A stretch of 64,000 nucleotides of DNA from Oikopleura dioica (lineage: Eukaryota; Animalia; Chordata). The notes under the pieces were generated by a model that saw only the letters and a program-made list of their open reading frames with translations, ran no database searches and was not told the DNA's origin. Both the position numbers and the translations under genes were made by a program. Each line of letters starts with the position of its first letter. The stretch's first letter is position 1. Positions 38,716 to 51,865 of this stretch are shown in pieces. The stretch spans positions 9,858,001 through 9,922,000 of the forward strand of contig OU015567.1 of the NCBI GenBank assembly GCA_907165135.1. The letters are read 5' to 3'.

Positions 38716-40030
38716 ATGACAGCCGCGCCCGTGCAAGTGTCTCCAGAAGGTTGAGTCTAAATCTTTAAGCACGGATGAAATCATTAACTCGTGTATTCCG
38801 CATTAACCTGCTAACATGAGTCGGTAAAACAGAGAGAAATAGAGAACGACAGTTCGATAACTTAGAAGCAACTTTCTGATGGGCGTCATGATAGGTACTC
38901 GTTGAATCTATTTTGATCACTGACTGACATTTCAAAGAGAAAGCGCTGCAATACTTATTCCGTGGAATATTCGGATACAGTCGAAGTAGAAGGAACGCTC
39001 GCAAAATTGCTCTGTAACAGAGGTGTTACCATTTTTGGGATGAGCACTTTAGAAGCATTAGAAAGATCGTCGTCAGTTTTTCGTAGATGGAGCTCCAAAC
39101 GAAAATTTGAACAAGTCGGCGTCTCAAGAAAAATGTTGATAATTTTTAACCTTCCCTTGATGAAAATCATCATCATTTCATTAGGCAGAATACAGAAAAG
39201 CAAATTTACAAACAGACTATAAGACGGAAGTTGGATGAAATCGACGACGATGATGACGATGATGATGACGGGGACGATGGGTAAGTCGCTTTTTCTTAAT
39301 ATTTTACTTCTAAAATTAGCAACTCAACAATTTTCAGCTCCGATGGTGGGTCAGATGCTGCCGTAGATTGTCAGCAGCTAGGTACCAAAACGACTTATGA
39401 TTTTTTTTCAAATTTCCTCAAGAAAATGAACAGAATGAACAAGAGCTGGAAGCAGAAATAGCCGATGAAGACGACGGAGAAGGCGATGACAACAATGAAG
39501 AAGGACACAACGAGCCTGAGTCGGAAGATGATGATGGTCGCCTCCGAACGGATCTTGGTGGAAACGACGACGATAGTGAATTCGGTTTTTAATTTTCGCG
39601 TTTGAGGAATTTCAAAGTTTTATTTTCAAATTCTGCATTTTAAATCATTATACTTGGCATTATGATGATTTTGAACCGTCGTAAGATTGCCAGACGTAAA
39701 AGTGACAACAGTAGAAGGTAAAGCGTCTTTTTTAAGATGTTCCAGAGCGCCCTAAGCGCGGTTTTATAGATGAAGAAATTGATGCGCAAGAAGATGATGA
39801 TGAGATGATTATTTATGCGCGGAGTTTTCGGTTTGAGCAGCTTTTTAAATAAGCTCAATTTTAATTTCTAGTTTTGGATACTCGCCAAGTGTGAATTCTT
39901 CTCAAGGAAATGTTGTGAACAATGCTCAAGGTTTAATTAAAATTTTTGTTTATATTTACTTTTTTCTAGGCATTGAAGGATCAAGTGATGAGGAAGACTG
40001 TTTTTCAATATTTTCTCTGGGCCGTGAATA
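38716..40030 (+). CDS. Multi-exon hypothetical protein with a D/E-rich C-terminal region (exon structure unresolved)
   Basis: ATG at ~38716, short introns, and several GAT/GAC/GAA-rich exons between 39230 and 40000. Confidence 0.45.
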
Positions 40031-40362
40031 ACATGATTTTTGATATTTTCTTCTAATAAAATTCGATTCTATGAATTTTCCACTTCCGTGAAATTTCAAT
40101 CAAGATTTGTCATTTTTCCGCAAAGCCGTGGGTGCAATAATGATAATTCAGCGAAGTGCTCTGAGATCATCCTTCCCCGGGGTCAGATGACCGCGCTCCG
40201 GGTAAAATTCGGCGGGTGGCGGCGGTGCAGCACGGTAGCACGCAGCTCAAAGCGCCTCATCTCTTGAATTTGCGTTAAACCCATCTTCTGGAGTCTTCCC
40301 AGGTCAAGAAGATAGACCTAGAGAGCATCGAGAGAGGATAAAATCGAACAAGAACGAGTTGA

Positions 40363-43300
40363 ATGAGCCCAAGTAAAGCTGAAGATCAGCTCAAAGGAGG
40401 AAATGGAAATATTTTCAACAACAAAGAGAAAATCTCGTCGGTCCTCAAGACTGCTGTTAAAGATAAGCTAGCAGAGCTTGACTGTCTTATCGGTGAGTCT
40501 AAATATTCAAACCCCCTCGAACTTTGTTTTAGACGATGATTTACCAAACTACATCATGATCATGATGGCAAACCGCAAGACCAAGAAAGAAATGACCGAA
40601 GCCTTGCAGTTGTTCCTCAATGATCGCACAACAGAATTCACCTCCTGGCTCTATCAAATGCTCGACAATATTCGGAAGCGACGAGAGAGTCAGAAAAAAG
40701 AAGAGCCATCAGAATCCAATAACAACAAAAAAGAAAACGAACCGAATAAAGACGCAGAAGACGTTGATCAACTCGAGATCGGGATCGGCGAGGAAGACGA
40801 TCTCGACCGCGAACTGATTGGCGACGAAAAGTCGGAAGCAAAATCAAAAAGCAATTCAAAACCAGCAACCCAGAGTAGTAATACTAACCAAAATCAAGCC
40901 ACCAGCAGCTCGCATAACCAAAGACAGCCAGAATCAAGTTCGAGCAAGCCCAAATCTTCGACGAGCAGATCAAGAACTCATTCGGAGTCCAAGTCACGTG
41001 ATAATGACAGAAGCAAGAAGTCAGAGTCCAAGTCAAAGCCGGAGTCTAAATCTGTTTCTAAAACCCGCTCAGGAAGTCGGAGAGAACCCAGTCCCAAAGT
41101 CGTTGAAGTTATCAAGAAAACCGTCGAGCGGAAGTCAACTCCGGACCGAACAAAGTCTTCTTCCTCCAAAAAAGACTCTTCGAAAGACTCAGATTCCAAA
41201 AAAGATCGAAAGGAAAAGACAGATGAGAAGATCAAGGCAAAGAAAGAAAAACTTAAATCCGTGGAAGAAAAGAAAAAGAAAGAAAAACAAGCTGATCTTC
41301 GAAAAATGATCGAAAGGAAGCCGGAGAAAAATCGGACAAAGTGACAGTCCCGAGCAAAACAAAATCAAAACGTGCCAAATCCAAGTCTTCAAGTTCTTCT
41401 TCAAGCTCGTCAAGCTCCTCCAGCTCAAGCTCTTCCGACTCTTCAGATGAGGAGCCGAAAAAGAAGCGCAAGAAAAAGGTGGAGAAGAAAAAACTAGCCA
41501 AGAAAAAGGCATCTTCCGGTAAACCTAAGAAGAAAAAGGCGAAAAAGGATGATTCTTCTGATGACGAAAAGACGGACAAGAAATTGAAGGATCTTGTGAT
41601 CATGGTCAAAAACAATGATCAAGCGAAAAATGTCAAGAAGAAGAGGAGAAAGACAAGAGATGCAAGGAACAGTTTATAGAATAGAATTCTTTATTGATTT
41701 GTTCAAATTTGCCAAAATACGGGTACGCAAATGTTATTGTTGATGAACTGAATTAGGGACAAAGCTTCAAAACTCGCTCAAATGAACGAAACCGAATCTG
41801 GCGACTCTCAAACCGAGCAATCCGATAAATCCAAAAAGGCCAAGAAGCAACGTCGTTTAGAGCGGAAAGAACGCTCCTTGCTAAAGCAAAAGAAGCGACT
41901 CAGCATAAAACTCAGCGAACAGGCGAAAAAGGTTTGTAGAATTTGTGAAAAATTGTTGAAATTTTTCCCGAACTAGGAGGTCGCTGGTAACAGCCGTTTG
42001 ATGGGAAAGGTTTGATTAATTTAACAGTTTTTATTATCATGTAATTATTTTTACAAAGTGGTAAAAGCCTCCAATTTTTGTTTTCAGCCAAGGTATAAAC
42101 TTATCATAATTTATGTTGTTAAAATGAAAGCATTTAGTATGCAGCATATTGCATACTGCATTCTTCTATTTTTTTAAATTCGACAAAGTTTATACCTTCA
42201 AAAGCTTCTATCGTCAGTATTCTTCTTCTGACTTGTTCGTTGTTGGAAAATGACGAAATCAAACTGAAAATACGGTTTTATTAATTTCACTCGATAAAAA
42301 TTTTCAATTGATTTATATTTTTTACCTTATCTTGACCCGAAATCGACTTATTAATTTATTTGTTAACATTGGTTTAGGCTGAAGATGCAGTTGTTCAACA
42401 AGCTCAGGCACAACAAGGTTCTGGAAACATACTGTACATGCAGATCGATGGAAAATTTCAAGCTAGGGTTCGAAAATGTCAGATAAATTATTAACCAGAT
42501 GAAACACATCTGTTGTTTTCAACATAAACTTCGTTAGGGCCTGACTTTTTGAGAACTATTTTCAACCCTGAAAAGCCGTACAAATCGTTCAACATCAAGG
42601 AATGACTGTAAGTGACTATCTAACTAATGGCTCGTGAAAGTGGCATGCTCGGGTTTGTAAACTTTAGCCAATTTTCTAGCTCCTCCACGTTTTTTATCGA
42701 TCACTTTTTAATTAAACTCAATCAAACGCAGTTGTTAATTTGATATTCCAGATGTTAGCTCCAGTTATGAACCAAATGAATAGCGGTGGTGGAAGCGCCA
42801 TTGCAAACGCCGCAGCAGCAGCGGGCGGATCACTCGGCGCCCCGATCTTCGGCCAGTCGGCCAAGCTACCAGTGACTGGGAGCGCAATGACCGGAGGCGC
42901 TCAGAGCGTCTTCCGCAGCGCCAATTCCTTGGTAACTGGACAGACACCCCAAAGTGTGGGTGGAGTGCTCGGCAGCGCGTTGAGTACGCCACGACTAGGC
43001 GTCGGGGCCGGCCAGAGCGTGTCCGGGCTCGCAAGCACCAGCTTCGCCAGTTTGGCCAACTCCAACACTTTAGTGCCCAGCAGTTTAGTTCCAAACGACC
43101 AGAAGGACCAGAAGGTCAAGACCGACACCAAGATCATCAACAACACTGCCAAACCAGCTGATAAGTCGTCGGACATCAACTCGCTCAAGAAGAAACTGGC
43201 GATGATGGAGCGTGAAACGTCCAGATTGAGGTGAGTCCTGAAATCGAGAAAAGAGCCTAACTGAAAACTTCAGAGAAATGCACAAATTACGCTTGAAAAA

Positions 43301-43924
43301 GTTGGAAACGAAGCAACGCGCGCAAGAGGAGCGCTCAAAACGGGACGCCGAGATCCAGCGGGTAAGAAATCCAAACAGCACACTGCCAAAAACGCCCTTT
43401 AATAACTACCGCAATCATATTGCCGATATGTTGTATCGTAATATCGTAAGTTTTCGTCAACCAGCGGTGTGAACACGTCCAGATCACGTAGCTTCCAGAG
43501 ATCGCTATTAATACTAATCAACTAAAACTGGCCAGAAAGATGCCACGTGATCTGCATGGATTCAAGCTCATTATCCATATTCAGAGACAAGATGAAGAGG
43601 ACGCACGGACTATTTACGTGCGAAACCTGAATCCAAAGACGACCGAGCAACAGCTGAGAGATCATTTCTCCGTCTTTGGGGCGATCAAACGAATTGTTCT
43701 ACCGCAAGATGCCCATGCAATTGGAAGCAATCGGGGATTTACGTTCATCACATTCGCCGGAAAAGAGCCTGTTGAAGTTGCTTGCTCCTTAGGTAGCCAA
43801 TTCATTAAAATAACCTTACCAACAAGCGCCTTTAGATGGAACTCTACTTCACGAGCGATCAATTAAAGTCGTTCCGAAAACGAATATGATGGGCAAAATC
43901 CGACCGCAGCACATTGCCAGTTAA
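40363..43924 (+). CDS. RNA-binding protein: ZC3H14/Nab2-type PWI-like N-terminus, Ser/Lys-rich middle, PABPN1-like coiled coil plus RRM
   Basis: LKTAVKDKLAEL..DDDLPNYIMIMMANRKTKKEMTEALQLFL..FTSWL at the N-terminus; INSLKKKLAMMERE coil; DARTIYVRNL..RGFTFITF..SLDGTLLHERSIKVVPK RRM. One frame discontinuity at ~41300. Confidence 0.72.
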
Positions 43925-44179
43925 AAATTAAATTGAGAACTGTTTTACTGCTCACCGCCAATATCTTTATCAATTCGTATAAGAAGAAAAAAGAAACAGA
44001 ACTATTAAGAAAAGAGAAAAAAAATATAAATTAAAAAAGTTCAACATAAATTTTAATCAAAAGAAAACTTCGAAAAAAATATTCTTCTGAAATTTAAAAA
44101 ATACCAATAAAAGAAGACTCAAGAGTCGAAAAAGTATCAAAATGTTATCAGTGTTTTTATTGCAGAAAAAAATAATGGA

Positions 44180-45704
44180 TCACATTCGCATGAGTCCTTC
44201 AGATGGGACGTAGCAGCCCTTACAGTCGACTTGGCCATTGACATCGCACTCTCCGCAGCGGAGTTTGCCAAATCGATTGCGTTTCTTGACTTTTTTGCCC
44301 TTGCAAGCTGAACATGTCAGTTTTCCAGTTCCCTGGCAGTCAGTACACTAGAATAACGATCGTTATTTTTGCCTAATCTTTATTCTCACTTTGTGGCGCT
44401 CGTAGAGTTTGTCAAACTCAGCTAGTCGCACTCTCAAATCGCCACAATCCGCCAAGGCTTGAAGTTCATCAAGTCCGCCAATATACTGCCCATCAATGTA
44501 AACAGCTGGTAAATGACCGGAAAGAGAAGCTCCCGGCTTGAGTCCTTTTCGAACGAGGAACTCATTTTTATGCTCCTCGAAGTTGAAAATATCGCGCTCT
44601 TCCCAGCGAACTTTCATGTTGCGAATGATGGTCGTTGCTCGGTCGCAGTCGGCGACGAGTTTTTTGTCCACTCCAAGAGTCGTTGTGTAGATAACTACTT
44701 TGTTTCGGTCTTCTTCGGCGGCGTACATCGCGTAAAGATCATATTCGTAATGCTGGATTCCAGCTTTCACTCGATTTCGGATTCCAGTAACTTCGTTTCC
44801 CTTTCGGTAGCCACCCTCCCATCGATCTTCGACAATTACGTTATCACCAGCAAAACAACCAGGAATACAAGCTTTTCTTCCAACAAAGCTCCCTTCAAAC
44901 TGATCATCAAGTCCCTTGTTCGCTTTAATTTCTTCATCATAATCTCGCTGGTCCGCAGTGCTGATGAAAAATTTCTCCTCGTGCTCGGCTTTTATCAATT
45001 TCCGAGTTTTATCTTCTTCCAGAAGTTCGGCGAGAGAGCGCTTGGAGTTGAGTGACTTCATTTTTTGTTCGATCGCTTCCATCTTCGCCTTTTCTTCTTC
45101 CTCGTCAACTTGAAAGTCGGGATTGAAGTCTTCGTCCTGTTCGTTTTCTGATTGCTCAGTTTCTTCTGGTGTTTCGTCGCCTTATTGAAGGTTTTTGATG
45201 AATTTTTCAATAATTTCTTTGCGGAATAAATTAATCATAAAAACCCTTGCCTTCCCACCAATTCGACTTCACCGACGATTTCGATTTGTACATTGACGCC
45301 TTCGTTTTTTGGGACATCAACTCCACTTCTGATTCAGACTCGGACTCCGTCATAAACTCTTCTTTTGGCAAAAGCTTGAGTCGCAAAACATTACCCGAGT
45401 TTTTCACCAGATCAATGACTTCCCTGTGCCGGGAGTTACAGACGTTGACTCCGTTGATGGCAATAACGATGTCTCCTTCTTGAACTCCTGCCGAGTCCGC
45501 TGGTGTTCTCTCACGAACAGTTTTAATCTTTCAACATCAGTAAGACCCGTTTATGAATCAAGTTGATACCTTGACAGGAGCATCTCCAGCAATCTCGATT
45601 CCCCAGGGCTCGTTTTTATTTCTGTGTAGCTAAATTATCCTCTTTAGACTTTTAATCTCAGAGTGTTAGAGCTTATTAACCTGTAAGGTGACGGTATCGC
45701 TCAT
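44180..45704 (-). CDS. PDZ + glutaredoxin-like + Cys-rich (GRXCR1-like) protein
   Basis: PDZ (PWGIEIAG..TPADSAGVQEGDIVIAINGVNV..HREVIDLV), GRX-like KVVIYTTTL..LPAVYIDGQYIGG, then CTDCQGTG..CSACKG..CGEC..NG..CKGC. Confidence 0.85.
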
Positions 45705-45793
45705 TTTTTGTGCTATTTTTTCGAAAATGGTATGTAAAAAGGGATGATTCTACCGGATATCCTCTGGGCAAAATATTTGAAAATCAAAAAGCT

Positions 45794-45864
45794 TGCAACG
45801 TCCGGGAATCGAACCCGGGCCTCCCGCGTGGCAGGCGAGAATTCTACCACTGAACCAACGTTGC
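45794..45864 (-). tRNA. tRNA-Gly (GCC)
   Basis: GCAACGTTGGTTCAGTGGTAGAATTCTCGCCTGCCACGCGGGAGGCCCGGGTTCGATTCCCGGACGTTGCA: paired acceptor stem, A/B boxes, and a downstream T5 terminator. Confidence 0.97.
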
Positions 45865-46087
45865 TTATACGCCGGGTCAAATATATTCAATCAGTATCCA
45901 AGAAAATATAAGGATTAACTACAAATAGGCTTGGAGTCAACCAATTTGATCATCAAAGATTGATTATTTCCGGCATACCAGTCAAACTTTAATTTTCAAA
46001 AACTCAGCAATTCCTGCATGCTTGTCTGATTAAACTTCTAAGTTCTGTAAATACCTTATCATAACAGAACTTTTGTATTATTTTCAA

Positions 46088-47131
46088 TCACTCATTTATT
46101 TCAAAGTTATAATAAATATTTCCGAGCTCCATTGCAAAATCATTGTTTGACAAGAGAACAGTTAATTTTTCTTCGAATAAGTCGATGTCTTCAAAATCTT
46201 CATCGTCGATTTCGATCGGAGAGGCAGCAAGATAAGTGAGCTCAGAATTTAGGACGGAGATTTTTGGTTGATTCTGGAGTTCGGCTAGTAGATTGGAAGT
46301 TTCTAAAAGCATGTTTGAATCGTTCTTTTATCACGCGCTACCTCTTGCAGGGACAATAAACTCAAACCCTCCGTCTACTTCTTTCACATCCGAAACGTCA
46401 AGCTCCAGGGCAACTTCCATCAAATCATCTTCCTCAAGTTCCGATGAGACCGTAACTCTTCCAACGTAGTCGAGGTAAACATCGCGTTTTTGATTTGGGT
46501 TCAAAGACCATTTGTCGGCTAGCCCGATTCTTTTGGATTCAAAGACTGGCTTTAAAATGCTGATGGCCTTGCCCAAATCGTATTTACTAATAAACAGTTT
46601 TATAAGATTGATTTGTCTTTGCAAACCTGTCGACGATTTCTGCCATCGCAAAGATTTCCCCAGGGCCATCAAAATAAACCAAAAGCGACTTAGCATCCGC
46701 TCCAAGCCAGAGTTTCAATTTATCTTTCGGAACATTCAACGATTTCGCCTCCTTCGTCAGTTCATTCAAAAGAGAACTTTTGTCGGGATGGTTGGGAGTG
46801 ACGACCATTCTGATTCTCTGCCGCAGTTGTTCTCGCTGACGAGCTTGAATTTTGCCCATGCTATTTCTATGCTCATTTAGCTTTTTTAGAACCTTTGCTC
46901 CGGCTTTGGCCGCCAAAGCAGTCTCGGTCATTCTACGGGAGCCGGCTTTTTTGTCCAGAGCTGCATCGAGACTCTTTATTGGATCATTTATTTTCCGTAA
47001 ACTAGTGCGATTTCGATAGATTGAATGACCCGAACCTTAATTCCTGTTTTCCCCACTTCCGCAGCAACCTTATTTCTAGCAAAAGAGGTGCTCAAAAGTC
47101 TACCTGCTGTGCTTGCACCTAGCCTCAACAT
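46088..47131 (-). CDS. TACO1/YebC-family mitochondrial translational activator-like protein
   Basis: Mitochondrial-type presequence MLRLGASTAGRLLSTSFAR. Segments AKSLNVPKDKL, FDGPG, LMEVALELDVSDVKE, ELTYL and C-terminal NIYYNFE resemble YebC/TACO1. Confidence 0.65.
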
Positions 47132-47381
47132 CTGAATAAAACACGCTTGAAGTTCGAGTAGTTTTTTTTTAATTTGAAAAGTCTAGTCATACAGGCGGGA
47201 AGAAGAGGGAGAGAGCAATGAAAAGAGTTAATATCTATTAAGGCAGTGTTAAATAGTTTTTTATTGAACTAAAATTAAATTTTTCAATAAGTAGTTTTTA
47301 AAAACAAATAATATCAATTTTCAATAAATAATAAACAAGTAAAATTTAAGTTTATACAATCAACTTTAGGCGAAGAGGAAT

Positions 47382-50300
47382 TTACAGCAATGTGGTAGTA
47401 ACAGTCTGGGTTCCATTAATCTGAATAATCCGTAACCCAGGGACCCCCCGAGGTGGAGACGGCGGCCGTGGGGCTATCTTGGCTGGAGCAGTTGCTGGGG
47501 GAACTACAGGGGTCATCACAGATGGTTTCTCAACAGTAGACGCTGGTTTCTTCTCAACTGGCTTGCTTATACTTCTTTTTGTCTGTTCTTTCGCTTTGGC
47601 TTTTGCTTGAGCTTTCGTCTCTAACATCTTTTTCTTTAAATCTTTTCGTCGACGGACAATCGGATCAAATACAGGAACGCTCATGAACTTGTGCGGGAAT
47701 AGATCCGGGAACTGGTAGCCCTGTTTCTCCAGATTGCCCAATTTTGCATCCTTGAATTGCGTCCGCTTCTCTCTCCACGATTCCTACAAAGCAAAACATA
47801 ATATTGTTTCTTTAAAATTTTGGCTCTTACGGATAACTTTCGCTGGACAACCCTTTTCTTTTTGAATGCTAGCTCTCTCTCTTTCTGGTGCTCGAATCTC
47901 GTTCTTTTCCTCTCGCCAAGGCTTAAATATAGGATGAAATGCCTTGACATAGAAATAGTTTGAGGAAACGCAGATGTAAACTGCCTGAGATTCACTTACT
48001 TTGACATGTCTACGTACTGGCCCTCACTCTCAGGGCGATAATCATCGTCTGATAGAGAGGCTCTACGATCGTAAGATTCGGCCCGACAACTTTTTGCAGG
48101 TGAAGGTGGTTTTCTAGTTAGTGTTGGCATTTGCTTCCGTGGTTGAGCGCTCGGCTTTGCTGGCGGTGGCTGTGCAGGTCTATTGCTTGGAATGGGAACT
48201 CGAACTGGCGTGTTGATGGGTACTTGGTGAATTTGAACTACGCGAATTCCCGGTTGAAGTGTAATTATGCTAGAAGACTGATAGTTAAGTAAAGATGCTT
48301 TTCGAGATGGAGCTTACTTGGGCTGCCCGGAGGCGCGTGAACGAAGAAAATTTGTGAAGGGTTGTGATCTGAACTTGTTGCTATTTTGCATCGTGAAGAT
48401 GAACTGTTCTAGGGCGCCTTTAAAGACATCATCGCCCTGGATGTTCATGATTCCTTGAGAGAATGCCGTATTGAGTGCAGGGTACATTGGCTGGTGGATG
48501 AGCGTTATCAGCTAAAACTTTTTGAAAATTATCGCTTTGTTAGAAAATTACCTTTCCGAGGATGTTGTATTTATGACAAGTATCGTTGAAGAGATTTTTC
48601 TGGTTGTTATTATTCGACAACTTATTGTAGTCGATCTGCGCGAGAGGATTGAAGAACGCCCAGAATTTAGCCATGAAACTCTTAATCATCGCGCGCGAGG
48701 TCTCGAAGGAATGAAAGTGGGGACCAGAGCCCTTGTGGTGACGGATTTTGATGAGACGATTCAGTAACTTCCCGAAGGCGTCGATTCCAACCCGATCCCT
48801 AAAATTTTCTATGAGCTTGATAAGAATCTTATTGAGTACCTTTCATCAAAGGTTTTAGTATTGTTGATCGAGCACTTCGGGCAATTCAGCCAATAAAAGC
48901 AGCAGTTACCCAAGATTTCCGACAGATACTCCAGGCACGTGACATGCAGTTGCTCGATACAGTCATCCTCGGACATTAAAACTGAAAGTCGTTAGAAAAA
49001 AAAGAGGGGAGCTAAAACGTACTTGTTTGGAGAATCAGGGCGACATTCATGTTTGCATCGATGCTGGTGTCACAAACATGGCCAAAGTGTTGTTTCATGA
49101 ATACTTTGTGATCGATGGTGTGTCGGTTGCGCTTGACAAAACGGGTTTTTGTACAAGACTAGAATCCCTATTAATTTGGATCTAGAGGAAAGAGAACTTG
49201 CCTGTATCATTCGGAGAGCCTTCAAGAAGTTAACATCTTCCCGAGTGTTATCTCTCTAAAAGATCTTTCAACTAAGGCATTTCAATATGAGACTTACGAT
49301 TAAGTACGTCAAGTACGGATCAACTTTATCCTGCATGCTCTCAACTGAGCTGGAAATGAAAGCGCCGAGGAGACGAGACTGGAACTTGTATTTGATCGGG
49401 AAGTTGTTCTTGTACTTCTGGTCACCAAAAAGATCGAAGGAAACATGGACTGGTTTGGCGTTAGGATAGTATCTGGCCATTGTTGTCTTTCGGTAGAGAC
49501 AGAGTCGCAAGAGCTGCGCACGTCGATCCGCCATCAAATCGATCATCCCGTAGCTCAGTCCTTCCAAGTAATCGAGCTTCAACAACCAGTCTGGTGTCAC
49601 GCTTGGAATTTTCAACCCGGGGAATACATCGGCCGGCGCAACCTGGATCGCTTTCTCGTCGATCTCTTTCTCAACTCGATCCAAGAACTTAGCGCTGATA
49701 TCGACGTATTTATCGTAGTATTTGCGTTTCGCTTCCATGTTAAGCTTGCCTTTGATTTGAAAGTCAGAGATCGTGTTGAAAAGAACATCAAGGAATTTGA
49801 TCGAAAACTCGATGCGACTTTTCAGAACGATTGTACGGAAGACTTGGATATTCAAGAAGTTGGAAATGACGTTGTAGCGACTGCCACCTTCTGGACAAGC
49901 AAGGAATGACTGAAACCAGTTGAGGAGGCCATAGTTGTCAAGTACGATCATTCTTTCAGCAACTTCATTTTGGTTGCAGAGTGCGAAGAGAGCAAAGTTC
50001 CAAATCGGAAGAATTGTAGCGGACTCGAGTTCGTGATATCGGGTTCGTGGATAAGCCAGGAGGTTGATGATCTCTTGTGGGTGACGTGCTTCCCACTTGG
50101 ACACATACTTTGCCAGAAGGAATGTGATGCAAAAGACGCGCGTGGTACTAGAATCCACTTTTTCCCGGATCTTAGCGCTCTTCAACGCCGCGTCGAAATT
50201 GAGAGTGATGGTTTTCGACGCCTCCAATTCTTTGTTTATCTCTTTCGTCTGATTGTAAAACTTCAGCATGTCTGCCAAGCTGTTTCCATCACTGTGTGAC

Positions 50301-51633
50301 CACATGGGACAGAAGATGCGCATGGCGAACATGAGTAAGTCTACCGACCCATTGCAGTAATGATTTGTGGGGGATCGAATCAGAGATATCATGACGATGA
50401 AAACGCCTCGCATCAGATCATTGAGTTTCTTGTAAGGTCGGGTAGCGATCGGCCCCATGATCGGCCAATCCGGAGGGCAGTGGAACTTTTTCGTTAGCAC
50501 CACCTTCTTGATTGATGGAACATCTTGGATGACGATCATCAGGATTCGAGCAATATCATCAGCGTCCAGTCTCCATGGCGGCTGTCGAGGGCCAAACTGC
50601 TGCTTGATGTGCTTCTCCATGTTCCAGAGTTCTTTCAGCGTGCCCATTGGATCTGTATGCGCTAGACAAACTAGGTAGACCCGGTAGACACCTTTGCCGA
50701 TGAACCAAAGACGTCGATAGCGATAGTTTTCGACTATCTTCTTCACTTCCATGGCCGTGGAGTTGAACTGTCCGACTTTGATGCGATTTTCGCAGCGTTC
50801 TTCCAAGTCGCGTTCTTGCTGCTCGTTCAGTATGTTCAGCTCCTCAAGCTGTTCATTACTGTGTGTCAGCTTCTTCGTCGTAATGATCGTTCCATTAGTC
50901 AACTTGTTCACTTGCGTTGGAGCAATCGCGCTCTTCGAAATCGTCGCCGGAGTCGCGCTTGTCACAGTCATGTTGGCCGGGATTCTTATCTGAACTGTCC
51001 CGGATTTCCCTGATGTGGCCATTGAGAAAAGCCCTGCTGGTGGTTGACCTGGTGCCCGGGTACTTGAGGTTGTAGTCCCTGCGCCGCTAGTTGAGACTGT
51101 AGCAACTGCCAGTGTTGTGCCTCGATGCCGAATTGCCTGGCCATTTGAGGCTGTGATAAGCGTTGCGGCTGGTGCATTTGCTCGGACCTCCCGGATACCG
51201 CTCCCCTTGGAGGCCCCCCGTTGAAAGGGCTGGATACTGCCGCCAGGCGGGCGAGCTATCATCGGAATCAACAACCGAATAAATCATGTTCATCTCAATC
51301 TAAGTTGTAAGAGAACAAATTTTGCAGCTTTCTACAAGTCAATGAATTGTCTTAACCAGTGGCGCAGTGGTTTTTTGGAAATCTTGGTCGGGTAAAGCAC
51401 AGAAGGAAGGTTATTGTTGAATAAATCTTTTAACGGTAATAGGGATTATGATGAGGATGGTGGAAATTATGGGGATGGTTTGGATAAAATTGATTCCGGC
51501 CTTGGTTTTGAATCATCATCCCATTCTGGTTGATAATATGGCCGCGCTGGCCATACGGGATATTGTTAAACTGAATTTGGTGCGCGTTCTGGTGGACATT
51601 GCGCACTTGTTGATGATGCTGGTGTGGATTCAC
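47382..51633 (-). CDS. Large multi-exon hypothetical protein (H/Q/N-rich N-terminus, ~2-kb exon, Pro/Lys-rich C-terminus)
   Basis: 668-aa ORF at 49268-51274 plus a chain of GT-AG short-intron exons to the stop at 47382. Start codon uncertain. Confidence 0.7.
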
Positions 51634-51865
51634 TTGCGTTACTTGTGTGATGCGCTGGGTGGCGTTTGAGCGAGCGCGTCCAAGATGAGACTGATGGAGG
51701 ATTTTTCAATAGAGATAATAACAATGTTTTTTTGTGAAAAGGACTCTTATTTGCATGCGAGGATATATACAATTAATAATTTACAAAATGGAATGATGGG
51801 CATGCGTTCACATGTACATAGAGACTAGTTGAAGTGGCATAGAAAAAGAAGAGTCAAAAGGCAGG

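Noticed and set aside
40170-40320. GC-rich stretch as a possible ncRNA
   Set aside because: No recognisable RNA family motif; more likely promoter or 5' UTR of the gene at 40363.
49287-50993. Plus-strand ORFs overlapping the 668-aa exon (and similar antisense ORFs over other genes)
   Set aside because: Antisense shadows of real coding sequence.
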